Positions 9,038-17,869 of a stretch of DNA of 64,000 bases are shown piece by piece. The notes under the pieces are model-generated. The model was given only the letters and a program-made list of their open reading frames with translations, was not told the origin of the DNA and ran no database searches. The stretch spans positions 2,829-66,828 of the forward strand of contig CANRGN010000006.1 of assembly GCA_947630235.1 (NCBI GenBank). The letters run 5' to 3'. Each line of letters starts with the position of its first letter. The stretch's first letter is position 1. Both the position numbers and the translations under genes were made by a program. This DNA comes from an uncultured Clostridia bacterium. GTDB taxonomy: Bacteria > Bacillota > Clostridia > TANB77 > CAG-508.

Positions 9038-10204
9038 TTAAATAAAATTATATTTTTCTCTTCGTTCTTTTATAGTAACTATTATAAAAATTATTGTTAC
9101 AACGATAGCTACAAAAGCTAAACCAAATAATATTGCAATAGCCAAAATTTCTGATTTATTTTGGACATCATCTCCTGATTGTGTTTTTGATGATTTTTTA
9201 TTTTCAGTTTTTAAAATTACTTTAGATGCTTTACTAGATTTATCTTCAATATCTTTTTCATTTTTAACATTAGATTCTTGTAATATAAAATCAGATGCTT
9301 TAAATTTATCATAACCATAATCTAGTAATTTTTTTGTATCAGAATATCTCGCACTTACTCCATCTACACTTCCTTCAGCATGTAAAACAACTGAAATTAA
9401 TTCTAAATCATCTTTATTTGCACAAGTTACTAAACAATTTTTTGCAGGAGTAGTAAAACCTGTTTTTCCAGATATAGCATATTCATAATAATATGGACTA
9501 TCTTTAATTAAAAAAGCATGAGTATTCTTGAAAACTCTTGGCTCACCATCATAATATGAAGTATTTGGTAGAGAACATGAAGTTAATGAAGAAATTCTTC
9601 TATATTCTTCATTTTGCATACAATATTTTTCAATAATTGCCATATCATGTGCAGTTGAATAATGGTTTTCATTATGCATACCATTAGCATTTAAAAAATT
9701 AGAATCTTTAGCTCCTATTTCTTTTGCTTTTTCATTCATTAATATACTAAAATCTTCTATACTTCCTGAAACATACTCAGCTAAAATATTTGCTGCTTCA
9801 TTAGCAGACCTTAACATCATAACTTCAAGTAATTCCTCAATTGTAAAAGATTCACCAACTTTTATATCTGCTGTAGTATATCCACTAGTTACAGATTCTA
9901 TTGCTCTTTTACTTGCTCTAGTTTTGGTATTTAAATCCGGACAATTTTCTAAAACTAAAATTGCAGTTAATATTTTAGTTATACTAGCTGGATACAATCT
10001 TTCATTCATATTCTTTTCATATAATACTTCACCTGTATTCATTTCCATTAAAACAGCACCTTCAGATAGTAATCCTAAATCATCTGATTCCTCTGCTGAA
10101 TTTTCATTAGACTGATCTATCTCAATATTTTGAGCAAAAGATAAATATGAGTTAAAAAATATTATATAAAAAATAAGTATTAAAATAATAATTTTACTTT
10201 TCAT
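9038..10204 (-). CDS. D-alanyl-D-alanine carboxypeptidase (S11, PBP5-type)
   Basis: Signal peptide, SxxK (ASITK), SxN (SANE) and KTG (GKTGFT) motifs, and a C-terminal TM anchor. Confidence 0.9.
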   Translation of the reverse strand: MKSKIIILILIFYIIFFNSYLSFAQNIEIDQSNENSAEESDDLGLLSEGAVLMEMNTGEVLYEKNMNERLYPASITKILTAILVLENCPDLNTKTRASKRAIESVTSGYTTADIKVGESFTIEELLEVMMLRSANEAANILAEYVSGSIEDFSILMNEKAKEIGAKDSNFLNANGMHNENHYSTAHDMAIIEKYCMQNEEYRRISSLTSCSLPNTSYYDGEPRVFKNTHAFLIKDSPYYYEYAISGKTGFTTPAKNCLVTCANKDDLELISVVLHAEGSVDGVSARYSDTKKLLDYGYDKFKASDFILQESNVKNEKDIEDKSSKASKVILKTENKKSSKTQSGDDVQNKSEILAIAILFGLAFVAIVVTIIFIIVTIKERREKYNFI

Positions 10205-10255
10205 AAAATCTCCTAAAAAATACTAGCAAAAAAAGAAGCTTTTAACTTCTTCATT

Positions 10256-10699
10256 TTATACAGTTTTTTGTTTTTCTTTTTTGGCTTTTAAATATCCTTC
10301 TTCTATATTTTTAGGTCTAATTGATTTTATTTTTGCTTCTTCTAATTCATTTAAAGTATCTATCATTTCATCTAATTCGTCATTTGCAACAATAGAAACA
10401 TTGTCTAATTTTTTTGAAATGACTATAACTTTTCTAAGTAAAGCCATTTTCCAATATGCATCTTGAACAATTCTCCCTGTTCCTGCTGTAAGAAGTAATG
10501 CTAGTGATAACATTAACAAAGATGAAATTATTATTATGGGTGCCCTATAAATAATATCTAATAAACCTATATTTGTAATCAAAATATCACTAATTAGCAT
10601 TCCTCCAAAAGCCCCTGCTATTGTAAAAGTTAAAATTAAAAAAACTCTTTTAACTTTTATCCAAAATATATGATTTTTAAATGATTTTTCATTATACAT
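10256..10699 (-). CDS. Small membrane protein, function unknown
   Basis: 147 aa with two or three TM helices and then a charged helical tail. No recognisable motif. Confidence 0.5.
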   Translation of the reverse strand: MYNEKSFKNHIFWIKVKRVFLILTFTIAGAFGGMLISDILITNIGLLDIIYRAPIIIISSLLMLSLALLLTAGTGRIVQDAYWKMALLRKVIVISKKLDNVSIVANDELDEMIDTLNELEEAKIKSIRPKNIEEGYLKAKKEKQKTV

Positions 10700-10828
10700 A
10701 AAACAACTACCCCTTAATTATTTTTAATATTAAAGCAGGGGGCGATTATCAATCGCCCAATCAAATTAATAATTTTTTCATTACTAATTTGATAACTTAA
10801 TATTATATCAACATAATATTATTTTAAC

Positions 10829-10904
10829 TGGAGCTTTCGACCAGAATCGAACTGGTGACCCCATCCTTACCATGGATGTGCTCTACCTACTGAGCTACGG
10901 AAGC
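10829..10904 (-). tRNA. tRNA-Thr (anticodon GGU)
   Basis: 76-nt cloverleaf: GCTTCCG-TA-GCTC AGTAGGTA GAGC-A-CATCC ATGGTAA GGATG-GGGTC-ACCAG TTCGATT CTGGT-CGAAAGC-T-CCA. U33 and A37 are in place and CCA is encoded. There is one C:A mismatch at position 5:68. Confidence 0.85.
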
Positions 10905-10915
10905 ACTTACAATTA

Positions 10916-10943
10916 ATTATACCATTAAACTAATTCGTGTCAA
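10916..10943 (-). promoter_or_regulatory. SigA-type promoter for tRNA-Thr
   Basis: TTGACA, 16-nt spacer, TGgTATAAT (extended -10). The -10 ends about 11 nt upstream of the mature tRNA 5' end. Confidence 0.6.
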
Positions 10944-10949
10944 TATAGA

Positions 10950-10989
10950 AAAGATTAATTCTAAAATCTTTAAGTTAGAATTAATCTTT
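10950..10989 (-). terminator. Intrinsic terminator after xerD
   Basis: AAAGATTAATTCTAA...TTAGAATTAATCTTT 15-bp stem followed by a T-run. Confidence 0.8.
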
Positions 10990-11007
10990 TGAATATACAT
11001 ATTTAAT

Positions 11008-11889
11008 TTAAGCTCTTGGATGAGATTTTTTATAAATATCTTTTAAATTCTCATCTTGAAATTGCATATAAACTTGGGTTGATGAAATATCAGAATGTCC
11101 AAGCATTGTTTGAATTGCTTTTAAATCAGCTCCATTTTGTAATAAATGTGTTGCAAAAGAATGCCTTAATACATGAGGAGTAATTTCCTTTGTAATGTGT
11201 GCTTGTTCTTTATAATATTTAACAATTTTCCAAAATCCTTGTCTTGTAAGTCTTTTTCCATTTATATTAACAAATAATGCTTTTATACTTTCGTCTTTAA
11301 TCAATATTGGCCTTGCTTTTTCAATATATTCTTTTAAAGCACCTAGTGATAAATTTCCTAAAGGAATGGTTCTTTTCCTAGGGCTAGAATTACATGTAAC
11401 ATAGCCTTCTTCAAGATTTACATCTGAAATATCTAATGAAATTATCTCTGTTACTCTCATTCCAGTGGCATAAGCAAATTCCAACATTGCTTTATCTCTA
11501 ATTCCTTTTAAATCTATATCTTGAGGTTGTTCTAATAATAATTCAACTTCTTTAGCTGTAAGTATATTTGGTATTTTTTTATCAACTTTTGGTGATTGAA
11601 TCCCTGATGCAGGGTTTTTTCTGATTTTTTTGCTCTTAACTAAGAATTGATAGAAAGATTTAATTGATGCAATATTTCTTGATACTGTAGATTTCTTTTT
11701 TCCAATTGATGCTAAATTATCAAAATAAGCATTTAATTGTGTTCCAGAAACTTTTAAATAGTTTAAATCATTTACTTCTAAATATTCTTGGTATTGTGTA
11801 ATATCTCTCTTGTATGATTGTAAAGTATTGTTAGATAATTTTTTTTCATTTTCAAGAAATTCTAAAAAAAGTTTAATTTGCTTTTCCAT
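11008..11889 (-). CDS. xerD: Tyrosine recombinase XerD/XerC type
   Basis: 293 aa. C-terminal catalytic motifs HVLRHSFATHLL and LGHSDISSTQVY. N-terminal SAM-like domain (LSNNTLQSYKRDI). Adjacent to spoIIM, as in Bacillus. Confidence 0.85.
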   Translation of the reverse strand: MEKQIKLFLEFLENEKKLSNNTLQSYKRDITQYQEYLEVNDLNYLKVSGTQLNAYFDNLASIGKKKSTVSRNIASIKSFYQFLVKSKKIRKNPASGIQSPKVDKKIPNILTAKEVELLLEQPQDIDLKGIRDKAMLEFAYATGMRVTEIISLDISDVNLEEGYVTCNSSPRKRTIPLGNLSLGALKEYIEKARPILIKDESIKALFVNINGKRLTRQGFWKIVKYYKEQAHITKEITPHVLRHSFATHLLQNGADLKAIQTMLGHSDISSTQVYMQFQDENLKDIYKKSHPRA

Positions 11890-12015
11890 TTTTCCCTCAC
11901 CTATCTATTAATTTTCCAAATTGACTTAATTAATATCAATTAGTTCTTAAGTAATCAAAGTGATTTACATAAGCTGCTTATGTTATATCAAATCTTAAAC
12001 AAAAAGTAAAGTGTT

Positions 12016-12639
12016 TTAAAAAAATTTTTGTATTTTTTTTAAAATCTTATATGAAATTCCTAGTTCAAACGTAGATGAAATAGTTGATATCATAAGTATT
12101 ATAAAAAAAATTATAAATAATATTAAAAAATTAGTTTTTATGTCTACACTATTATTTTTAATCTTTTTACAAAATATTATGCAATAAACTGAAAAAAATA
12201 TTATGCATGGAATATAAATTAAATTCTGTAAGCCGAGTGTAATAGCAGAAAAAAGTATCCCTTTTCTTATACCATATGTTTTTAAAACAGCTGAAATAAC
12301 ATACCCTATTGTAAATCCTTTATATAAAATACAAATATATATAAATATACCACCAATTATTGTACAAGAAAGTATAAATATTATACCTATAAATTTAAAT
12401 TTTGAAATTAAAGAATTTAAAAATAAAGTTTGTATTTCTGTATTTTCTAATCCAACAATATTATCTTTAAATGTATAAAAATATTGCTTTAAAAAATCTA
12501 AATTGTTTTCTGGTAAATTATTAATACAAAATACTCCTAAACAAACTCCTATTATAAAAAAAATTGAAATTTTAATATATAAATTTCTATTTTTATTAAT
12601 ATGAATTGCTACAACTCTTTTAAACATTTTGGCCTCCAT
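12016..12639 (-). CDS. spoIIM: Stage II sporulation protein M
   Basis: 207-aa polytopic membrane protein. The N-terminus (...HINKNRNLYIKISIFFIIGVCLGVF...) and overall layout match the SpoIIM family. Synteny with xerD. Confidence 0.75.
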   Translation of the reverse strand: MEAKMFKRVVAIHINKNRNLYIKISIFFIIGVCLGVFCINNLPENNLDFLKQYFYTFKDNIVGLENTEIQTLFLNSLISKFKFIGIIFILSCTIIGGIFIYICILYKGFTIGYVISAVLKTYGIRKGILFSAITLGLQNLIYIPCIIFFSVYCIIFCKKIKNNSVDIKTNFLILFIIFFIILMISTISSTFELGISYKILKKIQKFF

Positions 12640-12710
12640 AATTTATTTAATAAATTGTATTCAGAAGCTATAAAAAAATGCTATATTTTATGTAAAAGTA
12701 AAAATTTATA

Positions 12711-12760
12711 AAAAAGAGTGAACCAGTAGTCCCTCTATAACCCTCTGGTTCACTCTTTTT
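12711..12760 (-). terminator. Intrinsic terminator after the methyltransferase gene
   Basis: AAAAAGAGTGAACCAG...CTGGTTCACTCTTTTT long stem followed by a T-run on the minus strand. Confidence 0.8.
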
Positions 12761-13665
12761 TATTTAAACTTTTTTAGCTTTGCAACAAAAAAACCTTCAT
12801 ATAAATCTGTCGGCATTACTGTTATTGTTCCTTTTATAGTGTTTGGAAGCAATGGTATATCTTTAACATCTATAGGAATTATTTCTACATTATTATCTTT
12901 TAATACTTGTTTTACTATATCATCATTTTCTTCCTTTAAAATTGAACAAGTAGAATAAACAATTTCTTTGTTTTTCTTTAAAAGCTTAACTGCTTTTCTT
13001 AAAAGAGATATTTGCAATCTACAAGATTTTTCAACAAGTTTTAAAGAAAAATTCTTATATGTATTTTCATTATTTAAATTTATTGTTCCACTTCCACTAC
13101 ACGGGCTATCTAATAATATGTTATCAAAAGAAAAAAAATCGTCTAAAAATCTAGAATCCTTTTTCATTATATTAGTATTTTTTACTCCAAGCTTTTCGAG
13201 ATTATATTTTAATCTTTCATATCTAATGTTATTAATTTCACATGCTGTTATATTTGATTTATTGTTAGTAATAGCAGAAATCTGACTAGTTTTACCTCCA
13301 GGAGCTGAACACATATCTAATATATCAGTTTCTTCTTTTGGATCTAAAATTATTGGCGGTAACATTGAAGATAAACTTTGAAGATATATCTTACCTGTTT
13401 TATATATTTCTAAAGCTTGTAAATCAATTTCTTTAGCATTTTTTATTATAATAGCATCTTTATACCAATTTACGCTTTCAAACTCAATATTTTCATTTTC
13501 AAGACAATTTTCTATTTCTGCTTTATTTGATTTTAATGTATTTACTCTTATTGTAACTTTTTTATCTGATAAAAACCCATCAAAAATTTTATTTAAACAT
13601 TCTTTTCCATACTGTTTTTCTAGTTTTTCTTTTAAAAAAACTGGTATATTATTTAACTTTTCCAT
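12760..13665 (-). CDS. RsmB/RsmF (NOP2/Sun) family rRNA m5C methyltransferase
   Basis: Motifs DMCSAPGGKT, LLDSPCSGSGT and YSTCS. I prefer the ATG at 13665; the track uses a GTG at 13680. Either start overlaps the upstream gene end at 13649. Confidence 0.85.
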   Translation of the reverse strand: MEKLNNIPVFLKEKLEKQYGKECLNKIFDGFLSDKKVTIRVNTLKSNKAEIENCLENENIEFESVNWYKDAIIIKNAKEIDLQALEIYKTGKIYLQSLSSMLPPIILDPKEETDILDMCSAPGGKTSQISAITNNKSNITACEINNIRYERLKYNLEKLGVKNTNIMKKDSRFLDDFFSFDNILLDSPCSGSGTINLNNENTYKNFSLKLVEKSCRLQISLLRKAVKLLKKNKEIVYSTCSILKEENDDIVKQVLKDNNVEIIPIDVKDIPLLPNTIKGTITVMPTDLYEGFFVAKLKKFK

Positions 13666-14836
13666 AGTTTCCGCCACCACCAGCTATAATTTTCATTTTT
13701 CCATCACGTGCTAAAGTAATATTTTCTGCAACCTTACTTCCAACTACTGCTTCTATATCATCTTTTCCAAGATTATGTAAAATAGTCATTTCAGTTCCAA
13801 ATGTATCTAATAATTTATCTATCGTTTTCTTCCCCAAACCTGGAATAAATGTTAGTGGAATTTGATAAATATACTCAGGTCTATTTTTTGGACTTTTACT
13901 TTCTTGTTTGTCTTTTATAATTTCTATTCTATCAAAAACTCCCATAGTAATATTTCTGCTATCGCAAGTATCACATTTTGTAACTGGTGCATCTCCTTCT
14001 ATTCTTTTGTCACAAACTTCACAATATGTTCTATGATATTTTCCAAGTTTTGGATCTAAACCATAATTTTTAAGAATTTTTCTTCCATCTTCATTTTTTA
14101 AAACTTTCAAAAATTCCTTAAAACTCGGATTTTCCATATACATCTTATTATATTCTCTAGCAATTTTCGGAAGAGAATGAGCATCAGAATTTGTTAAAAA
14201 TGTTTTTCCTTCAAGCTCTGATATTTGATCTGCTAAATATGTATCAGAACTTAAACCTAATTCTATTGCTGGAATATAATCGTATTTCTCTTTAAAAATT
14301 CTTTTTAGGCTAGATGTACAATTTCCATAAAAGCTTTTATGTGGTGTAAATGCATGAGCAGGAACCAAAATTCCATTATATTTTCTAACAATATCTATTA
14401 ACTCATAAGCTGAAATATCTGCTCTTTGTGAACTAAGTGTCATATTTTTAATATGATTTGACATTTCTTTCGAAAAAGCTTTGATATCATTTAAATGTGG
14501 AAAATAGCATAAATTATGAGCGCTTCCTGTTTTACCATCATCATTTACTTCTGATGTTTCAATTTCACTTCCAAGTATAATACATACTTTATCTTTATAT
14601 ACTATACCGCCATCATCTATTTCATAGGCATCACCTGTTTTTAAAAAATCCTCAATATCTTCTATTACATAAGGTGAAGCACAATCTATAATTCCAACTA
14701 AATTTATCCCTTTTCTTTCTACACATTCTTTTGCAATATTGGCAAAATTTAAACTTCTAGCTGCAGTAATTTTAATAGGTTTTCCTTTCTCACTTCTTCC
14801 AATGTGTACATGTAAATCTGCATATATTTCGTACAT
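13649..14836 (-). CDS. PHP-domain protein of the endonuclease Q family (TIGR00375-like)
   Basis: N-terminus YADLHVHIGRS (PHP metal site), further His/Asp clusters, a Zn-finger-like CEVCDKRIEGDAPVTKCDTCDS, and a C-terminal helix-hairpin-helix-like GLGKKTIDKL. Confidence 0.6.
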   Translation of the reverse strand: MYEIYADLHVHIGRSEKGKPIKITAARSLNFANIAKECVERKGINLVGIIDCASPYVIEDIEDFLKTGDAYEIDDGGIVYKDKVCIILGSEIETSEVNDDGKTGSAHNLCYFPHLNDIKAFSKEMSNHIKNMTLSSQRADISAYELIDIVRKYNGILVPAHAFTPHKSFYGNCTSSLKRIFKEKYDYIPAIELGLSSDTYLADQISELEGKTFLTNSDAHSLPKIAREYNKMYMENPSFKEFLKVLKNEDGRKILKNYGLDPKLGKYHRTYCEVCDKRIEGDAPVTKCDTCDSRNITMGVFDRIEIIKDKQESKSPKNRPEYIYQIPLTFIPGLGKKTIDKLLDTFGTEMTILHNLGKDDIEAVVGSKVAENITLARDGKMKIIAGGGGNYGKVK

Positions 14837-14853
14837 TTTTTTCTCCTATTCTT

Positions 14854-15309
14854 TTAATATTTATAATCATTTTTTATCGCTCTTCTAATATTCATATTAG
14901 CATCTCTTTTTGCCATATCTTCTCTTTTATCATAAAGTTTTTTACCTTTTCCTACTCCAATTTCAAGTTTAACTTTATTTCCATTAAAATACATTGTAAG
15001 CGGAATTATACTTATTCCCTTTGTTTTAATCATACCATATAATTTATTTATTTCTCTTTTATTAAGTAATAGTTTTCTATCTCTTAATGGATCTTTATTA
15101 AAAATATTTCCGTGCTCATATGGACTAATATGCATTCCATATACCCATGCTTCTCCATTTTTTATGTTTATATAAGTATCTTTAATATTAACTTTCCCAT
15201 TTCTAATAGATTTAATTTCTGTACCAGTAAGCACTATTCCTGCTTCATATGTTTCAGTTATGCTATAGTTGTGCCTAGCAGTTGGATTTTTTGCAATAAT
15301 TTTATTCAT
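14854..15309 (-). CDS. smpB: SsrA-binding protein SmpB
   Basis: [35 protein letters not shown] is canonical SmpB. Start at Met23 of the track ORF, with RBS aaaggaga. Confidence 0.95.
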   Translation of the reverse strand: MNKIIAKNPTARHNYSITETYEAGIVLTGTEIKSIRNGKVNIKDTYINIKNGEAWVYGMHISPYEHGNIFNKDPLRDRKLLLNKREINKLYGMIKTKGISIIPLTMYFNGNKVKLEIGVGKGKKLYDKREDMAKRDANMNIRRAIKNDYKY

Positions 15310-15413
15310 TTTATCTCCTTTTGATTTCATAGTAATTGGCAAAATTTGATGGGCGATTATTAATGACCCATACAATTTTTATGATTTAATTATTTTCTTA
15401 AATTTTTAAAAAC

Positions 15414-15434
15414 GGGCGATTAAAATAATCGCCC
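15414..15434 (-). terminator. Intrinsic terminator after fba (GGGCGATT hairpin family)
   Basis: GGGCGATTAttttAATCGCCC followed by gttttt on the minus strand. Confidence 0.85.
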
Positions 15435-15440
15435 ATATAT

Positions 15441-15478
15441 TTTTTATTCAGTAGGAAAGTGCTCTACAAACTGAATAA
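15441..15478. repeat. Short hairpin module of the dispersed element, inverted orientation
   Basis: ttattcagtaggaaagtgctctacaaactgaataa. Its reverse complement aligns to the 29296-29338 copy (ttattcag...actttcctactgaataaaa). Confidence 0.6.
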
Positions 15479-15485
15479 AAACAAT

Positions 15486-16442
<957 letters not shown>

Positions 16443-16488
16443 TTATTTTAGTATAACCCTATTACTTATAATTTATTTTTATGTACAC

Positions 16489-16517
16489 ATTGTATTTTTT
16501 TTTATTTAATTTGTCAA
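16489..16517 (-). promoter_or_regulatory. SigA-type promoter for fba
   Basis: TTGACA, 17-nt spacer, TACAAT on the minus strand, about 75 nt upstream of the start codon. Confidence 0.55.
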
Positions 16518-16547
16518 TAGCTTAAATATTTTATTAATGAATTAAAG

Positions 16548-16569
16548 ACGGTTCTATACGAACCGCCTT
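16548..16569 (-). terminator. Terminator after the 271-aa orphan
   Basis: GGCGGTTC gtatag GAACCGTC followed by a T-rich tail on the minus strand. Confidence 0.7.
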
Positions 16570-16579
16570 TTTAGTTACT

Positions 16580-17395
16580 TTAGAAGCGAGTATAACCTGC
16601 ATTTTCAAGAAGACTTACACCAACATTTTTTGGAATAACATACGTTTCTCCAAATGTAGTTAAAAACGTAATGTTTCCACTCAATTCATCAACTATATAT
16701 TTTCCAATATAGCGCTGAGATGAAGGAGTAATTTCTCCTCTTTCATCAAAACTCAAAAGTTCTAAGCTACCGTGAAGCAATCTGGCAGTATCTGGAAGAA
16801 TAATATCAGTGATATTATTCTGATACATCTCATAGTCTATAATGGTTACAGCGCGATTGCGATTCTGCCTCTTTGCCTCATCTACCAAATATTCAAAAGA
16901 TGATACATCAGATATATAATGCTTCAGCAAAATTTTAGATTTTTTGGAGATATCATCGCTTACATTTGTAAAACCATTATATTCCAAACAGTATTTTGCC
17001 TCCTGATTTTCGTACGTAGTATACACCGCATCTTTTTCTCCTCCAAAGGTAAATACGATGTATTCATCCTCCGAAAAATATTCTTTCTTCTCACCATACT
17101 CATTCAATAAAAATTGAACTAAGTCAAATGATGATACGTAATTAGAAAGAACCATCGGATTCCAACTTTTACTCTCATTTATGAAACCATTTTCATTGAG
17201 AACATCAATTGCATCTGGTCTTATTGGAGTAACGTAGAGATTATGATCTGAGCCGTATGTGAAGAAGATTAAGTTAAACTTAACCCAATACTGATTCGGT
17301 AAACAGTACTTATTGAAGTAGGTTTTCACCGAATTGCATATCAATTCTTCAATTGATTCTATCCGTCTCCACATTTCGATAAACTTGTTCTTCAT
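16580..17395 (-). CDS. Hypothetical cytoplasmic protein (271 aa), visibly GC-richer than its flanks
   Basis: Long ORF with its own terminator. No signal peptide or TM segment and no motif I recognise. It contains runs such as gcgcgattgcgattctgcctctttgcctc that are atypical for this window. Confidence 0.6.
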   Translation of the reverse strand: MKNKFIEMWRRIESIEELICNSVKTYFNKYCLPNQYWVKFNLIFFTYGSDHNLYVTPIRPDAIDVLNENGFINESKSWNPMVLSNYVSSFDLVQFLLNEYGEKKEYFSEDEYIVFTFGGEKDAVYTTYENQEAKYCLEYNGFTNVSDDISKKSKILLKHYISDVSSFEYLVDEAKRQNRNRAVTIIDYEMYQNNITDIILPDTARLLHGSLELLSFDERGEITPSSQRYIGKYIVDELSGNITFLTTFGETYVIPKNVGVSLLENAGYTRF

Positions 17396-17555
17396 AGACG
17401 TAACCTTTCCTTTCTATGCATTTTGCATGATAAAGATGTTTTCTATCACTCTTTTAAAAAGAGTGTGTAACCCACTTTGGTTGACTTTTATATTTTAACA
17501 TACTTTTTTATTATTGTAAACCTTTATATATATTTATTTTTCAAAAAATATAAGA

Positions 17556-17584
17556 AAAACCCTAGAAATCAATCTAGGGTTTTT
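17556..17584 (-). terminator. Terminator after the DUF1540 gene
   Basis: AAAACCCTAG...CTAGGGTTTT stem with T-runs on both strands. Confidence 0.75.
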
Positions 17585-17627
17585 AACGTTCTAAAACGAG
17601 CAAAGCTCGTCTAGATAATGTTGAGAT

Positions 17628-17786
17628 TTAATATTTACATTCATAACTTCCACATTTTGATTCATCAGGGTTTCCTGAATCACAATTTTTACAAGGCATA
17701 ACTGTAATATTTTTTAATAAACATATACAGTTTTCTTGTCCATTAAATTTACAACTATGAACTTCACAATTAATTTTTTGACTCAT
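17628..17786 (-). CDS. DUF1540-type small Cys-rich protein (52 aa)
   Basis: Below the ORF-track size cutoff. My translation is MSQKINCEVHSCKFNGQENCICLLKNITVMPCKNCDSGNPDESKCGSYECKY. The CxVxxCxFN...C...I.V...C...C.S pattern fits DUF1540. Confidence 0.7.
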   Translation of the reverse strand: MSQKINCEVHSCKFNGQENCICLLKNITVMPCKNCDSGNPDESKCGSYECKY

Positions 17787-17869
17787 TTTAAAATCCTTCT
17801 TTCAATAATATTGTGAACATATTTCACAATATTATTTTCTACAAAAATAAAAATAAAATTCATAAAGTT

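Noticed and set aside
10829-11889. Tyrosine recombinase next to a tRNA gene, considered as an integrative-element boundary
   Set aside because: The recombinase has Xer-type size and motifs and sits next to spoIIM, as in Bacillus. Both flanks are housekeeping genes. I saw no att-like duplication of the tRNA 3' end and no phage or ICE genes.
14837-15485. Search for tmRNA (ssrA) beside smpB
   Set aside because: The smpB flanks are only 17 nt downstream and about 175 nt upstream. Terminator hairpins and the short repeat module fill them. There is no tRNA-like acceptor/T-arm and no tag ORF.
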